A stretch of DNA of 64,000 nt from an uncultured Candidatus Saccharibacteria bacterium (GTDB lineage: Bacteria; Patescibacteriota; Saccharimonadia; Saccharimonadales; EFPC-124). The position numbers were made by a program, and so were the translations under genes. Positions 18,190-28,124 of this stretch are shown piece by piece. The notes under the pieces are model-generated. The model had not been told where the DNA came from. It searched no databases and was given only the letters and a program-made list of their open reading frames with translations. The stretch is taken from contig CAYURH010000002.1 of NCBI GenBank assembly GCA_964447105.1, positions 845 to 64,844 on the forward strand, given 5' to 3'. Position 1 is the first letter of the stretch, and every line of letters starts with the position of its first letter.

Positions 18190-19950
18190 ATGCACAACTT
18201 ATTAACCATGTTGTACAATAGGCTCATGCTTAATGATACGCCGCCACGGCGCGTTGCTGGGGTAGGTCAGAGATCCACGTGGGATAACCTGGCTCACAGT
18301 GGTTTTACAGTTAGAGATGCCAACTACGGGTTGGTGTATACATTAAATATCTATGGGTTGCTTGGCATGCTTTCACTTGGCGTGTTTGGCGTCCTGCACA
18401 TTCTGGTCGAGCATAACCCACTAGTGGGATACACCGAAATCGCCGGGGCCTTGGGGCTTTTCCTCACCCTTGTGGGTGTGCGATTTACGAAAAATATCGT
18501 ACTGGGGCGCAATAGCTTTCTGCTCATCCTGCTTATTATGCTGATGGTCATGCTGGTAAGCGGCGGCACTGCTGGCACGGGCATATTTTGGTTTTTCATG
18601 TTCCCAGTGAGCGCTTTTTTGCTGACCAACAAAACACAGGGGTGGCTATGGATGAGCGCGTTGATCGCATCGATAATAGCGCTCGCTATACTACAGGCTT
18701 TGGATATGGGCGACCTGGCGTATGATGCGCTCACGATACGCCAGCTCGTTATCACGCTGATTATTGTGACGTTTGGCATATATTCATATCAATTGTCGCG
18801 CGAGCGATTGCAGCGCCAAACCGACCAAAGCCAGTACGCACTCAAAGAAGAAAAAACGCGCGCAGACACCATACTCGACAACATCGACATAGGGGTGGTA
18901 GCTATCGACACCACAGGCAAACTAATCGTAATCAACCAAGCCGCAGCCGAAATGCTGGGATGGCAGTCCAACGCTGTCATGGGTAAACTATTTACCGATG
19001 TCATGCCGCTTATCGACCACGAGGGGCGCGTGATCCCACTCGAAGATCGCCCACTTCACCAAGCGTTGAGTGGAAAGCGTACCGAGGCTACGCTGTCATA
19101 CAAACGCCACGACGGCAGCATATTCCCTGTGACTATGGTGTGTCGGCCGATTGTCGTAAATGGGCAAACCATAGGCGCTATCTGCGCATTCCGCGACGTC
19201 ACACAAGAGCAGGCAATCGATCATGCCAAAACCGAATTTGTTACCCTCGCGTCTCACCAACTACGCACACCACTGGCAGCTATTTCTTGGTACGGGGAAA
19301 TGCTCATCAACGGCGACGCTGGTAAGCTTACCGAAGATCAATCAACCTACGTACAACAAATTTATCAAAGCACGCAACGCTCGACCGCCATGGTAGAGGC
19401 TATGCTCACTGCATCTTCACTCGAGCTAGGTAACGTAAGCGTCAAACCAGAACCTACCGACATCGCCACTGTGCTTCACCAGGGTTTGCATGCGCTACTG
19501 GGCTCAGTTGGCGCAGGCAAAAAAATCAACATTGTGGAAGAGTACGACAAAACGCTGCAGCCCGTCCCACTTGACCTCAAGCTCACCCGCACCATCTTCC
19601 AAAACCTTATTGCTAACGCCATCAAATATACCCCCGAAGGCGGCACAGTTACACTCCGCGCCACGGCCAGCAACCAAGTATTACACACGGGCAGCGCCGG
19701 CAGCGTACTCATAGAAATCACCGACACCGGCTACGGTATCCCCAAGCGCGAACAGGCCAAAGTATTTAGTAGATTATTTCGCGCGGATAATGTGAAGAAA
19801 AAAGACACAGACGGCACTGGCTTAGGCTTATTTATCGTCAAGACGGCCCTGGAATACACTGGCGGCAGCGTGTCCTTTGTATCGAACGAAGGCAAAGGCA
19901 CTACCTTCTCGGTATACCTACCTGTCGAAGGTATGCGGAGACACTTCTGA
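18190..19950 (+). CDS. sensor histidine kinase (6-TM input, PAS, HisKA, HATPase_c)
   Basis: H-box SHQLRTPL; N, G1 and G2 boxes (NAIKYTP, DTGYGIP, GTGLGL); exact start uncertain. Confidence 0.9.
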   Translation: MHNLLTMLYNRLMLNDTPPRRVAGVGQRSTWDNLAHSGFTVRDANYGLVYTLNIYGLLGMLSLGVFGVLHILVEHNPLVGYTEIAGALGLFLTLVGVRFTKNIVLGRNSFLLILLIMLMVMLVSGGTAGTGIFWFFMFPVSAFLLTNKTQGWLWMSALIASIIALAILQALDMGDLAYDALTIRQLVITLIIVTFGIYSYQLSRERLQRQTDQSQYALKEEKTRADTILDNIDIGVVAIDTTGKLIVINQAAAEMLGWQSNAVMGKLFTDVMPLIDHEGRVIPLEDRPLHQALSGKRTEATLSYKRHDGSIFPVTMVCRPIVVNGQTIGAICAFRDVTQEQAIDHAKTEFVTLASHQLRTPLAAISWYGEMLINGDAGKLTEDQSTYVQQIYQSTQRSTAMVEAMLTASSLELGNVSVKPEPTDIATVLHQGLHALLGSVGAGKKINIVEEYDKTLQPVPLDLKLTRTIFQNLIANAIKYTPEGGTVTLRATASNQVLHTGSAGSVLIEITDTGYGIPKREQAKVFSRLFRADNVKKKDTDGTGLGLFIVKTALEYTGGSVSFVSNEGKGTTFSVYLPVEGMRRHF

Positions 19951-21815
19951 TGCGTGTGACGTTGCGTGTGCGAATTGTAATCACTTTTTTGGTGGTAACG
20001 GCCATAGTGGGTGGCGTTAGTTACTACCAAATTGCCTCAGTGAACACTATCAACAACACGTTTTTGGATCTTATCGATAACGACTTTGCACAAATTGACG
20101 CGCTCGAAAAAATCAAAATCTCGCTGGCCCGCATCGAAAACAAAGTCCAGCAACCCAATGCCAAAACCGAAGCTCTCGAGCTCACCAACGACATACAAGA
20201 TCACATTAAACTCCTGCGTGACCACTCGAGCACAGGACAGACAGCGGCTGTCGATCCAGTAACTGTTAACCAAATCAACGCCACCCTCGACGATGTCGTA
20301 AGACGCATCGATGACTTGTATGCCGTGACCGCCGCCACACAACTTTCAGCGCGACAAGCAGAGCTCACCAAGAGCCGAGCCCAACTCACCACCTTAGTCG
20401 ATGCCGCGCTCGATGAAGCTACCAAACGAGTCGCGCTTGAAAACGGCGAAGCTACAGCTATAGTCAACCAAACCGTCAACACCACGCGCCTCACAGCCAT
20501 ATTGGCAGCACTAACGGCGATATTGCTGGGCTTAATTGTTGCAGCTAGCATCTCACGCCGAGTAAAAAAACTTGGCCAGGCCGCACAGGCAATTGCCAAC
20601 GGTGATTTTTCGGAAACGATTACTATTGGCACCACTGACGAAATTGGCGATCTAGCACGAGCGTTTAATCAAATGTCAGCCCGACTGCGTGAATCCTATC
20701 GTCGCCTTGCCGTAGAAGCGCAACGCGACAGCGCCATGATGCAAAACATGGGCGAAGGTCTCATTGCCATCGACGACCAAGGCAATATAGTACTACTCAA
20801 CCACGTGGCCGCCACGCTGCTCGAAATTGACTCCAACGATGACGTGGGCGGTGCAAGCATCTACAACACCTTTCGCATCCTCGATCACGACAACAATGTC
20901 ATGCCCCCCGAACAAACACCCATGTATGCAGCGCTCGCACATGCCGCCAAAGTAAGCGACGTATTTAGTTTGCCACGCAAAGATGGCCGCAAAATTTTGG
21001 CCAACGTCAACGCCAGCCCGATCATTCTCGACCAAAAAGTGGTGGGTGCCGTGCTGGTGCTCCGTGACGTCACCAAAGAACGCGAAGTAGACCGCATGAA
21101 GACGGAGTTTATATCACTAGCTTCGCACCAGTTGCGGACACCGCTCAGCGCGATCAAATGGTTTAGTGAAATGCTCGCCTCAGGCGACGCCGGCAAACTA
21201 GGGGACGAACAAGCAGACTTTGTAAAAAATATTTCGGACTCGACCGAGCGTATGATCCAGTTGGTCAACGCACTGCTGAACATTTCGCGCATTGAATCCG
21301 GCCGTATTATGGTGACACCACAACCCACCGACCTGAAGGATCTGGTGTCGGGTATCGTCAATGACCTAAAAGGTAAAACGGCCGAAAAACAACAATCACT
21401 CGTCATCAGCGTCCATCAAGACTTGCCCAAAATCAGTCTCGACCCACGACTGATCGGCCAGGTATACCTGAATTTGCTTACCAACGCCATCAAATACACC
21501 CCGAAGGGTGGCGAAATATCAGTATTCATCTCCAAAAAAGATGACATGGCTATATCTCAAGTCTCCGACAACGGCTACGGCATCCCCAAAGAGCAGCAAG
21601 GCCGTGTGTTCCAGAAATTCTTCCGTGCCAGCAACGCGGTGCAAGTAGAAACGGATGGTACCGGCTTGGGACTGTATCTTATCAAATCCATTATCGAATC
21701 GTCCGGCGGCCAAATTTGGTTCGAGAGTGCAGAAGGTAAAGGTACGACATTTTGGTTTAGCATCCCTCTGAGTGGCATGAAAGCTAAAAAAGGCGAAGTA
21801 ACACTGGACATGTAA
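19950..21815 (+). CDS. sensor histidine kinase (2-TM periplasmic helical sensor, HAMP, PAS, HisKA, HATPase_c)
   Basis: H-box SHQLRTPL, NAIKYTP, DNGYGIP, GTGLGL; the start overlaps the upstream stop by 1 nt (tgATG). Confidence 0.9.
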   Translation: MRVTLRVRIVITFLVVTAIVGGVSYYQIASVNTINNTFLDLIDNDFAQIDALEKIKISLARIENKVQQPNAKTEALELTNDIQDHIKLLRDHSSTGQTAAVDPVTVNQINATLDDVVRRIDDLYAVTAATQLSARQAELTKSRAQLTTLVDAALDEATKRVALENGEATAIVNQTVNTTRLTAILAALTAILLGLIVAASISRRVKKLGQAAQAIANGDFSETITIGTTDEIGDLARAFNQMSARLRESYRRLAVEAQRDSAMMQNMGEGLIAIDDQGNIVLLNHVAATLLEIDSNDDVGGASIYNTFRILDHDNNVMPPEQTPMYAALAHAAKVSDVFSLPRKDGRKILANVNASPIILDQKVVGAVLVLRDVTKEREVDRMKTEFISLASHQLRTPLSAIKWFSEMLASGDAGKLGDEQADFVKNISDSTERMIQLVNALLNISRIESGRIMVTPQPTDLKDLVSGIVNDLKGKTAEKQQSLVISVHQDLPKISLDPRLIGQVYLNLLTNAIKYTPKGGEISVFISKKDDMAISQVSDNGYGIPKEQQGRVFQKFFRASNAVQVETDGTGLGLYLIKSIIESSGGQIWFESAEGKGTTFWFSIPLSGMKAKKGEVTLDM

Positions 21816-21899
21816 CGAGAGAGATGCTGTGAAACAGTTCATGAACATAATAAGAAAGGAACTTAGCTCGCCTAAGTAAACGCGTGCTAAAATAAAGCT

Positions 21900-22355
21900 A
21901 TGTCAAAAGCCAACCCCACAATCATGGTAGTCGAAGATGAGACCCTGCTTCTGCAGGCTATCACCAAAAAACTCAAACTTTCAGACATGGACGTGCTGTC
22001 GTGTTCCAGCGGCCAACAAGCAATTGATTATCTCAACAGCCTCGACGAACTACCCGATGCCGTGTGGCTGGACTACTACCTAAAAGACATGAACGGTCTT
22101 GCCTTCATGCAGCAGCTCAAAACCAATCCTAAGTGGTCTAACATTCCCGTGCTAGTGGTAAGCAACTCTGCCAGCCCTGACAAAGTACACAACATGCTCG
22201 GTTTGGGCGCACGCAAATATATATTAAAGGCCGAATACCGCCTCGATGAAATCATCGAAATCATCCACAGTTTCATAGAAGATGCCCAGGGTAGCGACGG
22301 GTCACATGGCGACGGCACCAACCCGGGCGTCCCGAATAACCAAAAGACGGAGTAG
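21900..22355 (+). CDS. stand-alone response-regulator receiver protein (CheY-like, no output domain)
   Basis: VEDE acidic pocket, phospho-acceptor context WLDYYL, conserved Ser/Thr (VVSN) and Lys (KYILK). Confidence 0.85.
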   Translation: MSKANPTIMVVEDETLLLQAITKKLKLSDMDVLSCSSGQQAIDYLNSLDELPDAVWLDYYLKDMNGLAFMQQLKTNPKWSNIPVLVVSNSASPDKVHNMLGLGARKYILKAEYRLDEIIEIIHSFIEDAQGSDGSHGDGTNPGVPNNQKTE

Positions 22356-22359
22356 AAGC

Positions 22360-22725
22360 ATGGCCGACACACCCAAAACAGTACTGATTGTCGAAGACGA
22401 GAAACCGCTTTCCCACGCCCTTGCGCTCAAGCTGCAACACGAAGGCATGACGGTGACTATTGCCAACAATGGTCAGGAATGCCTCGATCTGATCACCAGC
22501 AAAAACTTTGATGTCGTGCTACTCGACCTGATGATGCCCATCATGAACGGCTTCCAGGTACTCGAAGAGTTGCAAAAACGCCCACAAAAACCAGTTGTCT
22601 TTGTGCTATCCAACCTAAGCCAGCACGAAGACGAACAGCGCTCACTCAGCTTGGGTGCCCGTAAATTCTTTATCAAATCTGACACACCACTCACAACCAT
22701 TGTTGAAGAGGTGAAAGCCACGTAG
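22360..22725 (+). CDS. stand-alone response-regulator receiver protein (CheY-like, no output domain)
   Basis: start at MADTPKTVLIVEDE with a ggag SD; LLDLMMP acceptor context; VLSN and KFFIK. Confidence 0.85.
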   Translation: MADTPKTVLIVEDEKPLSHALALKLQHEGMTVTIANNGQECLDLITSKNFDVVLLDLMMPIMNGFQVLEELQKRPQKPVVFVLSNLSQHEDEQRSLSLGARKFFIKSDTPLTTIVEEVKAT

Positions 22726-22747
22726 GTTTACAGGAATAGGGTGGGGC

Positions 22748-24397
22748 ATGTATCCAAGTATCGATAAAATCAAAGCGATTCTGCTACAAGGTAGCTACTT
22801 GTCGGAAGCCGACAGTCAAGCTGCCGAGGCTGCGTCCAAAGACAGTGCTGAATACGTTGATTTTTTGATACGCCAAGAACTGCTCACCAAACAATTGCTC
22901 GGTCAAGCCCTGGCTGAAGGCTACAAAGTACCGTACGCCGATTTAAGTGCGCACCCGATCGGCAAAGACGAAGTAGCTCGCATACCAGAACAAGTAGCTC
23001 GCGCTAATCGCGCCGTATTCGTAAAAGAATCCGACAAAATTGCAGCCGTAGCTACCGACACGCCAGACAAAGTAGACATAAATGCACTCCAGGCATTATT
23101 CCCCAATCAAAAAGTTCGCTTGGCGTATGCTCTGCCCGAATTTATCGACGCCAGCCTCACGCTCTATGAGCAACCACTAGCCACCAAGTTTACGCAGATT
23201 ATTGGCGCGGGGCAGGGCATTGCACCAGCTATTGTAGATGCGATTTTGCGCGATGCACTGACGTATCGTGCGTCTGACATTCACTTTGAACCAGAAGCGA
23301 CCGAAGTAATCGTGCGATTCCGTGTAGACGGCAACTTGCGCGAAGCCGGCCGACTGCCCAAAGAATATTACGAAAACATCCTCAACCGCATCAAAGTCGA
23401 AAGCGGCATGCGCATCGACGAACACTTCTCGGCGCAAGACGGCGCTATCCAGCGTATTGTCGACAACAATCATATCGACCTACGCGCCTCACTCGTGCCC
23501 ACTGTGCAGGGCGAAAAAGTGGTGATGCGTGTGCTTGGCGCCTACGTGCAAGGCTATAGCTTGGCCGACATCGGCCTCAACGACGAACATCGCAAAATGC
23601 TCGAAACATACGCCGCCAAACCATTTGGCATGATCCTTACTGTAGGTCCCACCGGTTCTGGCAAAACCACCACACTGTATTCGCTCATCAAAATGTTGAA
23701 TAAACCCAATGTCAACATCACCAGCATCGAAGACCCCGTGGAATACAAAATCGCCGGCATCAACCAAATCCAAGTGCGCGAGCAAACCAACATGACATTC
23801 GCCAAAGGGCTGCGCTCTATTGTGCGCCAAGACCCCGACATCATACTGGTGGGTGAAATTCGCGACGAAGAAACCGCCGAAATCTCGGTGAACGCCGCGC
23901 TCACCGGCCACTTGCTCCTGAGCACATTCCACGCCAACGACGCCGCCACGGCCATACCGCGCTTGGCCGACATGGGTATTGAGCCATTCCTGTTGGCATC
24001 CACGCTAGAGGTCATCATCGCCCAACGGTTGGTTCGTCGTATCTGCACCCACTGTCGCTACAGCCTACCTACCATTGACGCGCTCAAAGACGTAAAAGGC
24101 GCCGCCAACATCGCTCACTATTTCACTGGCACCGACACACTCTACGCTGGCAAAGGCTGCAATGTCTGCGCCAACACGGGGTACACCGGCCGCTTGGCGC
24201 TGTTTGAATTTATCGAAATGACCCCCGAAATGCAGGACTTAGTCGCCAAATCCCAGACCACCCGCGACATCGAAGCTTTGGCGCGCAAACAAGGGAGCCT
24301 GCCTATGTTCGAAGATGGCATACTCAAAATAAAAAGCGGCCTAACCACCATGACTGAAGTGATGCGTGTGGTGCAGCCGCCCCGCGCCAAGGGGTAG
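22748..24397 (+). CDS. pilB: type IV pilus assembly ATPase (GspE/PilB family)
   Basis: Walker A GPTGSGKTT, Asp box, Walker B, His box (TGHLLLSTFH), tetracysteine CxxC...CxxC. Confidence 0.92.
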   Translation: MYPSIDKIKAILLQGSYLSEADSQAAEAASKDSAEYVDFLIRQELLTKQLLGQALAEGYKVPYADLSAHPIGKDEVARIPEQVARANRAVFVKESDKIAAVATDTPDKVDINALQALFPNQKVRLAYALPEFIDASLTLYEQPLATKFTQIIGAGQGIAPAIVDAILRDALTYRASDIHFEPEATEVIVRFRVDGNLREAGRLPKEYYENILNRIKVESGMRIDEHFSAQDGAIQRIVDNNHIDLRASLVPTVQGEKVVMRVLGAYVQGYSLADIGLNDEHRKMLETYAAKPFGMILTVGPTGSGKTTTLYSLIKMLNKPNVNITSIEDPVEYKIAGINQIQVREQTNMTFAKGLRSIVRQDPDIILVGEIRDEETAEISVNAALTGHLLLSTFHANDAATAIPRLADMGIEPFLLASTLEVIIAQRLVRRICTHCRYSLPTIDALKDVKGAANIAHYFTGTDTLYAGKGCNVCANTGYTGRLALFEFIEMTPEMQDLVAKSQTTRDIEALARKQGSLPMFEDGILKIKSGLTTMTEVMRVVQPPRAKG

Positions 24398-24400
24398 GGT

Positions 24401-25492
24401 ATGGCCAAAAAAAGCCAAAAACTCGACCAAGCCAAACACTACCACGTACGCGCCAAAGATCGTGAATATTTTACATCCAACCTCGCACTCTTGCTCAAAG
24501 CCTCTGTGGCAGTGGGGGACGGCCTGCAATCGCTCCGCGACGCTACCAAATCGCGCCCATTGCGACTGGCCATCGAACAAATGCAGCGCGATATCGATGA
24601 AGGCATGCCCCTATGGAAAGCGCTAGAGCGCAGTCGTATTGTATCCAACCAAACACTTGCGCTCGTCCACCTTGGGGAAGAATCGGGCAACTTGGCCGAA
24701 AACCTGCACGTCGCCGCCCTGCAAGAAGAAAAGCAGCATATGTTCCGCGCCAAAGTGCGCTCGGCACTGTTGTACCCAGTGTTTGTGCTATCGCTCACGG
24801 TGATTGTGGGGTTGGGCGTGGCGTGGTTCCTGTTGCCGCGTATGGCCGAAACATTTACGCATCTGGGTGTGGCGTTGCCGCTGATCTCGGTGATATTTAT
24901 CAATTTTGGATTGTTTCTGCAAAGCGACGGATGGTGGGCAGTCCCCGTGGCGATAGGTATCATTGGCGTGCTGGGCTATATTTTGTTTGCCGCACCCAAA
25001 ACCAAAGGGATCGGTCAGCAACTACTGTTCCACGTGCCAGGTGTATCGAGGTTGTTGCATGAGATAGAGATTGCCCGATTCGGATATTTGTTTGGCACAT
25101 TGCTCGATGCTGGGCTGAACGTGACGGACGCTTTGAGACTATTGCATGACGCCACGAGCTCGGCGGCCTACCAAAAATTCTACCTGCATTTAGCGAGCGG
25201 TCTGGAAGAAGGTTATAGCTTCCGCGTCAGCTTGCCAGCCTACAAAAACGCCGCCAAACTCATACCGCCCGCCGTGCAGCAAATGGTGATTGCCGGGGAG
25301 CGGTCGGGCGCCCTGCCTGAAACATTGCAAAACGTGGGCGAAATCTACGAAGAAAAAGCCGACATTTCCACGCAAAACCTCGAAGCCATATTAGAACCGA
25401 TACTCCTCGTGATCGTCTGGCTAGGTGTGTTGGGCGTCGCAGTCGCCGTGATTTTGCCGATCTATAGCTTGGTTGGCGGGCTGGGGACGTAG
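24401..25492 (+). CDS. pilC: type IV pilus platform protein (GspF/PilC family)
   Basis: duplicated GspF-type repeat with 3 TM segments; 3 nt after pilB. Confidence 0.9.
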   Translation: MAKKSQKLDQAKHYHVRAKDREYFTSNLALLLKASVAVGDGLQSLRDATKSRPLRLAIEQMQRDIDEGMPLWKALERSRIVSNQTLALVHLGEESGNLAENLHVAALQEEKQHMFRAKVRSALLYPVFVLSLTVIVGLGVAWFLLPRMAETFTHLGVALPLISVIFINFGLFLQSDGWWAVPVAIGIIGVLGYILFAAPKTKGIGQQLLFHVPGVSRLLHEIEIARFGYLFGTLLDAGLNVTDALRLLHDATSSAAYQKFYLHLASGLEEGYSFRVSLPAYKNAAKLIPPAVQQMVIAGERSGALPETLQNVGEIYEEKADISTQNLEAILEPILLVIVWLGVLGVAVAVILPIYSLVGGLGT

Positions 25493-25496
25493 CATC

Positions 25497-25934
25497 ATGC
25501 AGCGCCAGCGCGGCTTTAGCTTGGTGGAGATGCTTTTGTCGGTAAGTATCATTGCCATGCTTGTGGGCATCACGGCGCCACTCTACGTGGGGTTTGTGGC
25601 GCGCAATGATTTGGACATAGCCGCGCAAAATGCAGCCGGCGCATTGCGCCGCGCCCAGACGTTTGCCCGTGGCCAAAACGGTGACAGCCAGTGGGGCGTC
25701 GCCATTGCATCAAGCCAAATCGTACTCTACAAAGGCACCAGCTACGCCGCCCGCGACACCACATATGACGAAGCTATAAGTATCCCCAGCAGTATTACCC
25801 CCAGCGGGCTAACCGAAGTTAATTTCGCCAAACTCAGCGCCACGCCCAGCACTACTGGCAGCATTACTCTTACCTCGACTACAACTAAAGTAAGAACGGT
25901 GACTATCAATGCCAAGGGCATGGTCGACTATTAA
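25497..25934 (+). CDS. minor pilin / pseudopilin (prepilin-type N-terminal domain)
   Basis: MQRQRG|FSLVEMLLSVSIIAML: class III signal peptide with Gly-1 and Glu+5. Confidence 0.75.
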   Translation: MQRQRGFSLVEMLLSVSIIAMLVGITAPLYVGFVARNDLDIAAQNAAGALRRAQTFARGQNGDSQWGVAIASSQIVLYKGTSYAARDTTYDEAISIPSSITPSGLTEVNFAKLSATPSTTGSITLTSTTTKVRTVTINAKGMVDY

Positions 25935-27606
25935 CCGTCAGGCTGGGTTTTCGCCCGTCGAGATACTGCTCGCAGCCACCGTATTTGGCATGCTGGTTAC
26001 TGCGCTCATGGGTGCGATTATTTTTGCCAGATCATCTACGGCCACAGCCGGCGAACGTGAACGAGCCAACATGATTGCCGAAGAAGGCTTGGAAGCCGTG
26101 CGTAACATCCGCGATAGCTCGTTTAGCAGCGTCACAGGCACGTTTGGTTTGGCCAAAGCGGGCAATATTTGGACTATATCCGGCACGTCCGACACCACGG
26201 GCATCTTTACCCGCCAAATAGTAGTGACGGCGGTTGATAGCGTACGCAAAAACATCGTCGTTACCGTTACCTGGCCGCAAGCCGCACTCACCAACCAGGT
26301 AGTGGTAACTGGCCGTTACACCAACTGGCAAGCATCGATCGCACCGACAGTGACCCCTGGCCCCATCATGATGGCTTATTCCAAAACCACCACTATACCG
26401 TATTACCGCATCTGGAATAGCACTACCTCTACGTGGGGCGCTGAGGCAGCGGCACAAACTGTGGTAGGCAACATCAACTACATCGTGCTCAAAAGCTCTC
26501 GCACGCGCAACGAAGCTATCATGGGCGTCCAGACATCCACTGGCGCTATCTACATCCAGACTTGGAACGGCACAACGTGGAGTAACCTAACACAGGTGGG
26601 CACCGGCACCACCACTACGCGCAGTTTCGACCTGGCTTACCAGAAAAACAGCGACAATGCACTTATCGTGTACAGCCCTACGTCGAGCTCGGCCGATTTT
26701 GCATATCGCACATGGAATGGCACGACGCTCAGTAGTGCAACCACCATCACTGATCCGCCCAGCACGGGCGTTATCAACTGGATAGAAATGAAACAAAACC
26801 CACTCAGCGCGAGCAACGACATCGCCATGATGATGATGGACGCGAGCACCGCTGTGTACGGTATGATCTGGACCGGAAGCGGCTGGAACAATATGGGTGT
26901 CACGGGCGTCTGGGATTCCACCGGTACTGCCGCCGCCAAAAAAGGCATCGATGTCGACTACGAGCAGCTCACTGGTCGCGCCATGTTCCTATGGGGCGAT
27001 TCGACCGCCACTGACCAGTATTACCGCATCTGGGATGGTGCCACATTGGCGGCGGCTACACTGCTCGACATCCCGGCCGAAGGTGGCGCATCAGAGTGGG
27101 TGCAGTTGGCGGCACGGCCGAATTCTAACGAAATCATGCTAGGCGTACAAGACTCCGCCACCAACCTAAACACGCGTAAATGGTCGGGGAGCGCATGGGA
27201 CACGGCAACGCAACACGCCGAGCACGATGCTTCGCTCGAAAACGCGCTATCGCGCAACTTTGACATTGTATGGGAGACGGCTACTGCCAACGCCGGCAAG
27301 GCCTGGCTGCTTTGGGGCGATGGCGCTACGGTCACTCAGCGACAGTGGTCGGGTACAGCTTGGGGGACGGCCACCGTGATGAGCGGTAGTGACGACACAT
27401 CATTTATCCGATTGCGTGCCGACGCAGCGTCAGGCGCGGTGTTCGCCGGTATTTACCAAAACATCACCTCTGCGGCTGGTGCTCGAGATATTGGTGAACG
27501 CCACCTCACAGGAGGCGGCGCCACGTGGACCGCCAAAACGGTCATGTGGGCCGGCTCGACAACCGCTGAACCGGTAACATTTAAGATAGATATTGCCACG
27601 CCATGA
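25909..27606 (+). CDS. large pilin-like protein: prepilin N-terminus, pilin-fold domain and 7-8 repeats of about 50 aa (predicted beta-propeller)
   Basis: leader ...NRQAG|FSPVEILLAATVFGML; Trp-centred repeats at residues 169, 219, 269, 321, 375, 425 and 480. Confidence 0.75.
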   Translation: MPRAWSTINRQAGFSPVEILLAATVFGMLVTALMGAIIFARSSTATAGERERANMIAEEGLEAVRNIRDSSFSSVTGTFGLAKAGNIWTISGTSDTTGIFTRQIVVTAVDSVRKNIVVTVTWPQAALTNQVVVTGRYTNWQASIAPTVTPGPIMMAYSKTTTIPYYRIWNSTTSTWGAEAAAQTVVGNINYIVLKSSRTRNEAIMGVQTSTGAIYIQTWNGTTWSNLTQVGTGTTTTRSFDLAYQKNSDNALIVYSPTSSSADFAYRTWNGTTLSSATTITDPPSTGVINWIEMKQNPLSASNDIAMMMMDASTAVYGMIWTGSGWNNMGVTGVWDSTGTAAAKKGIDVDYEQLTGRAMFLWGDSTATDQYYRIWDGATLAAATLLDIPAEGGASEWVQLAARPNSNEIMLGVQDSATNLNTRKWSGSAWDTATQHAEHDASLENALSRNFDIVWETATANAGKAWLLWGDGATVTQRQWSGTAWGTATVMSGSDDTSFIRLRADAASGAVFAGIYQNITSAAGARDIGERHLTGGGATWTAKTVMWAGSTTAEPVTFKIDIATP

Positions 27607-28124
27607 ACAGCCCTGTAGCCCACACCCACCAAAGCGGTTTCACACTCATCGAGTTGCTCATGTACACACTCATTGTAGGCACACTGCTCACAGGCATAAG
27701 CGTCTTCTTCGGCATGGCCGCTGACGCGCGTATCAAAAACCAAAGCGTCGCCGAAGTCGACCAACAGGGGTTGTTTGCTATGGAGTACATGACCGGCACT
27801 ATCCGCAACGCCAGTAGTATTACATCGCCAGCGCTGGGTGCGAGTGGCGCCAGCCTTACGTTAGTGGTACCTACCGGGTCTCTGAGCCCTACCATTTTTG
27901 ACCTAAGCAGCAACGTCCTCCGCGTCAAAGAAGGCGCAGCCGCAGTGGTGCCACTCACCAGTGGTGACGTGCAGATCACCAGCCTGACATTCAACAATTT
28001 GTCGCGTAGCAGCACGCTAGAGGTGGTGCAGATTATTATGACAATCGCCCACACCAATACTGCCGGTCGCAACGAATATGATTATCAAAAAACATTCACC
28101 ACATCGGTAACATTACGGCAATGA
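27603..28124 (+). CDS. minor pilin / pseudopilin (prepilin-type N-terminal domain)
   Basis: ...HTHQSG|FTLIELLMYTLIVG; the start overlaps the upstream stop (ATGA). Confidence 0.75.
   Translation: MNSPVAHTHQSGFTLIELLMYTLIVGTLLTGISVFFGMAADARIKNQSVAEVDQQGLFAMEYMTGTIRNASSITSPALGASGASLTLVVPTGSLSPTIFDLSSNVLRVKEGAAAVVPLTSGDVQITSLTFNNLSRSSTLEVVQIIMTIAHTNTAGRNEYDYQKTFTTSVTLRQ

Noticed and set aside
17165-18221. Four long ORFs overlapping the chosen gene (329 aa on the minus strand; 286, 129 and 136 aa on the plus strand)
   Set aside because: Their products are Arg/Pro/Gly-rich low-complexity translations typical of off-frames in very GC-rich DNA. Only the 17264..18118 frame has an SD, a TM helix, a plausible domain composition and a terminator right after its stop.
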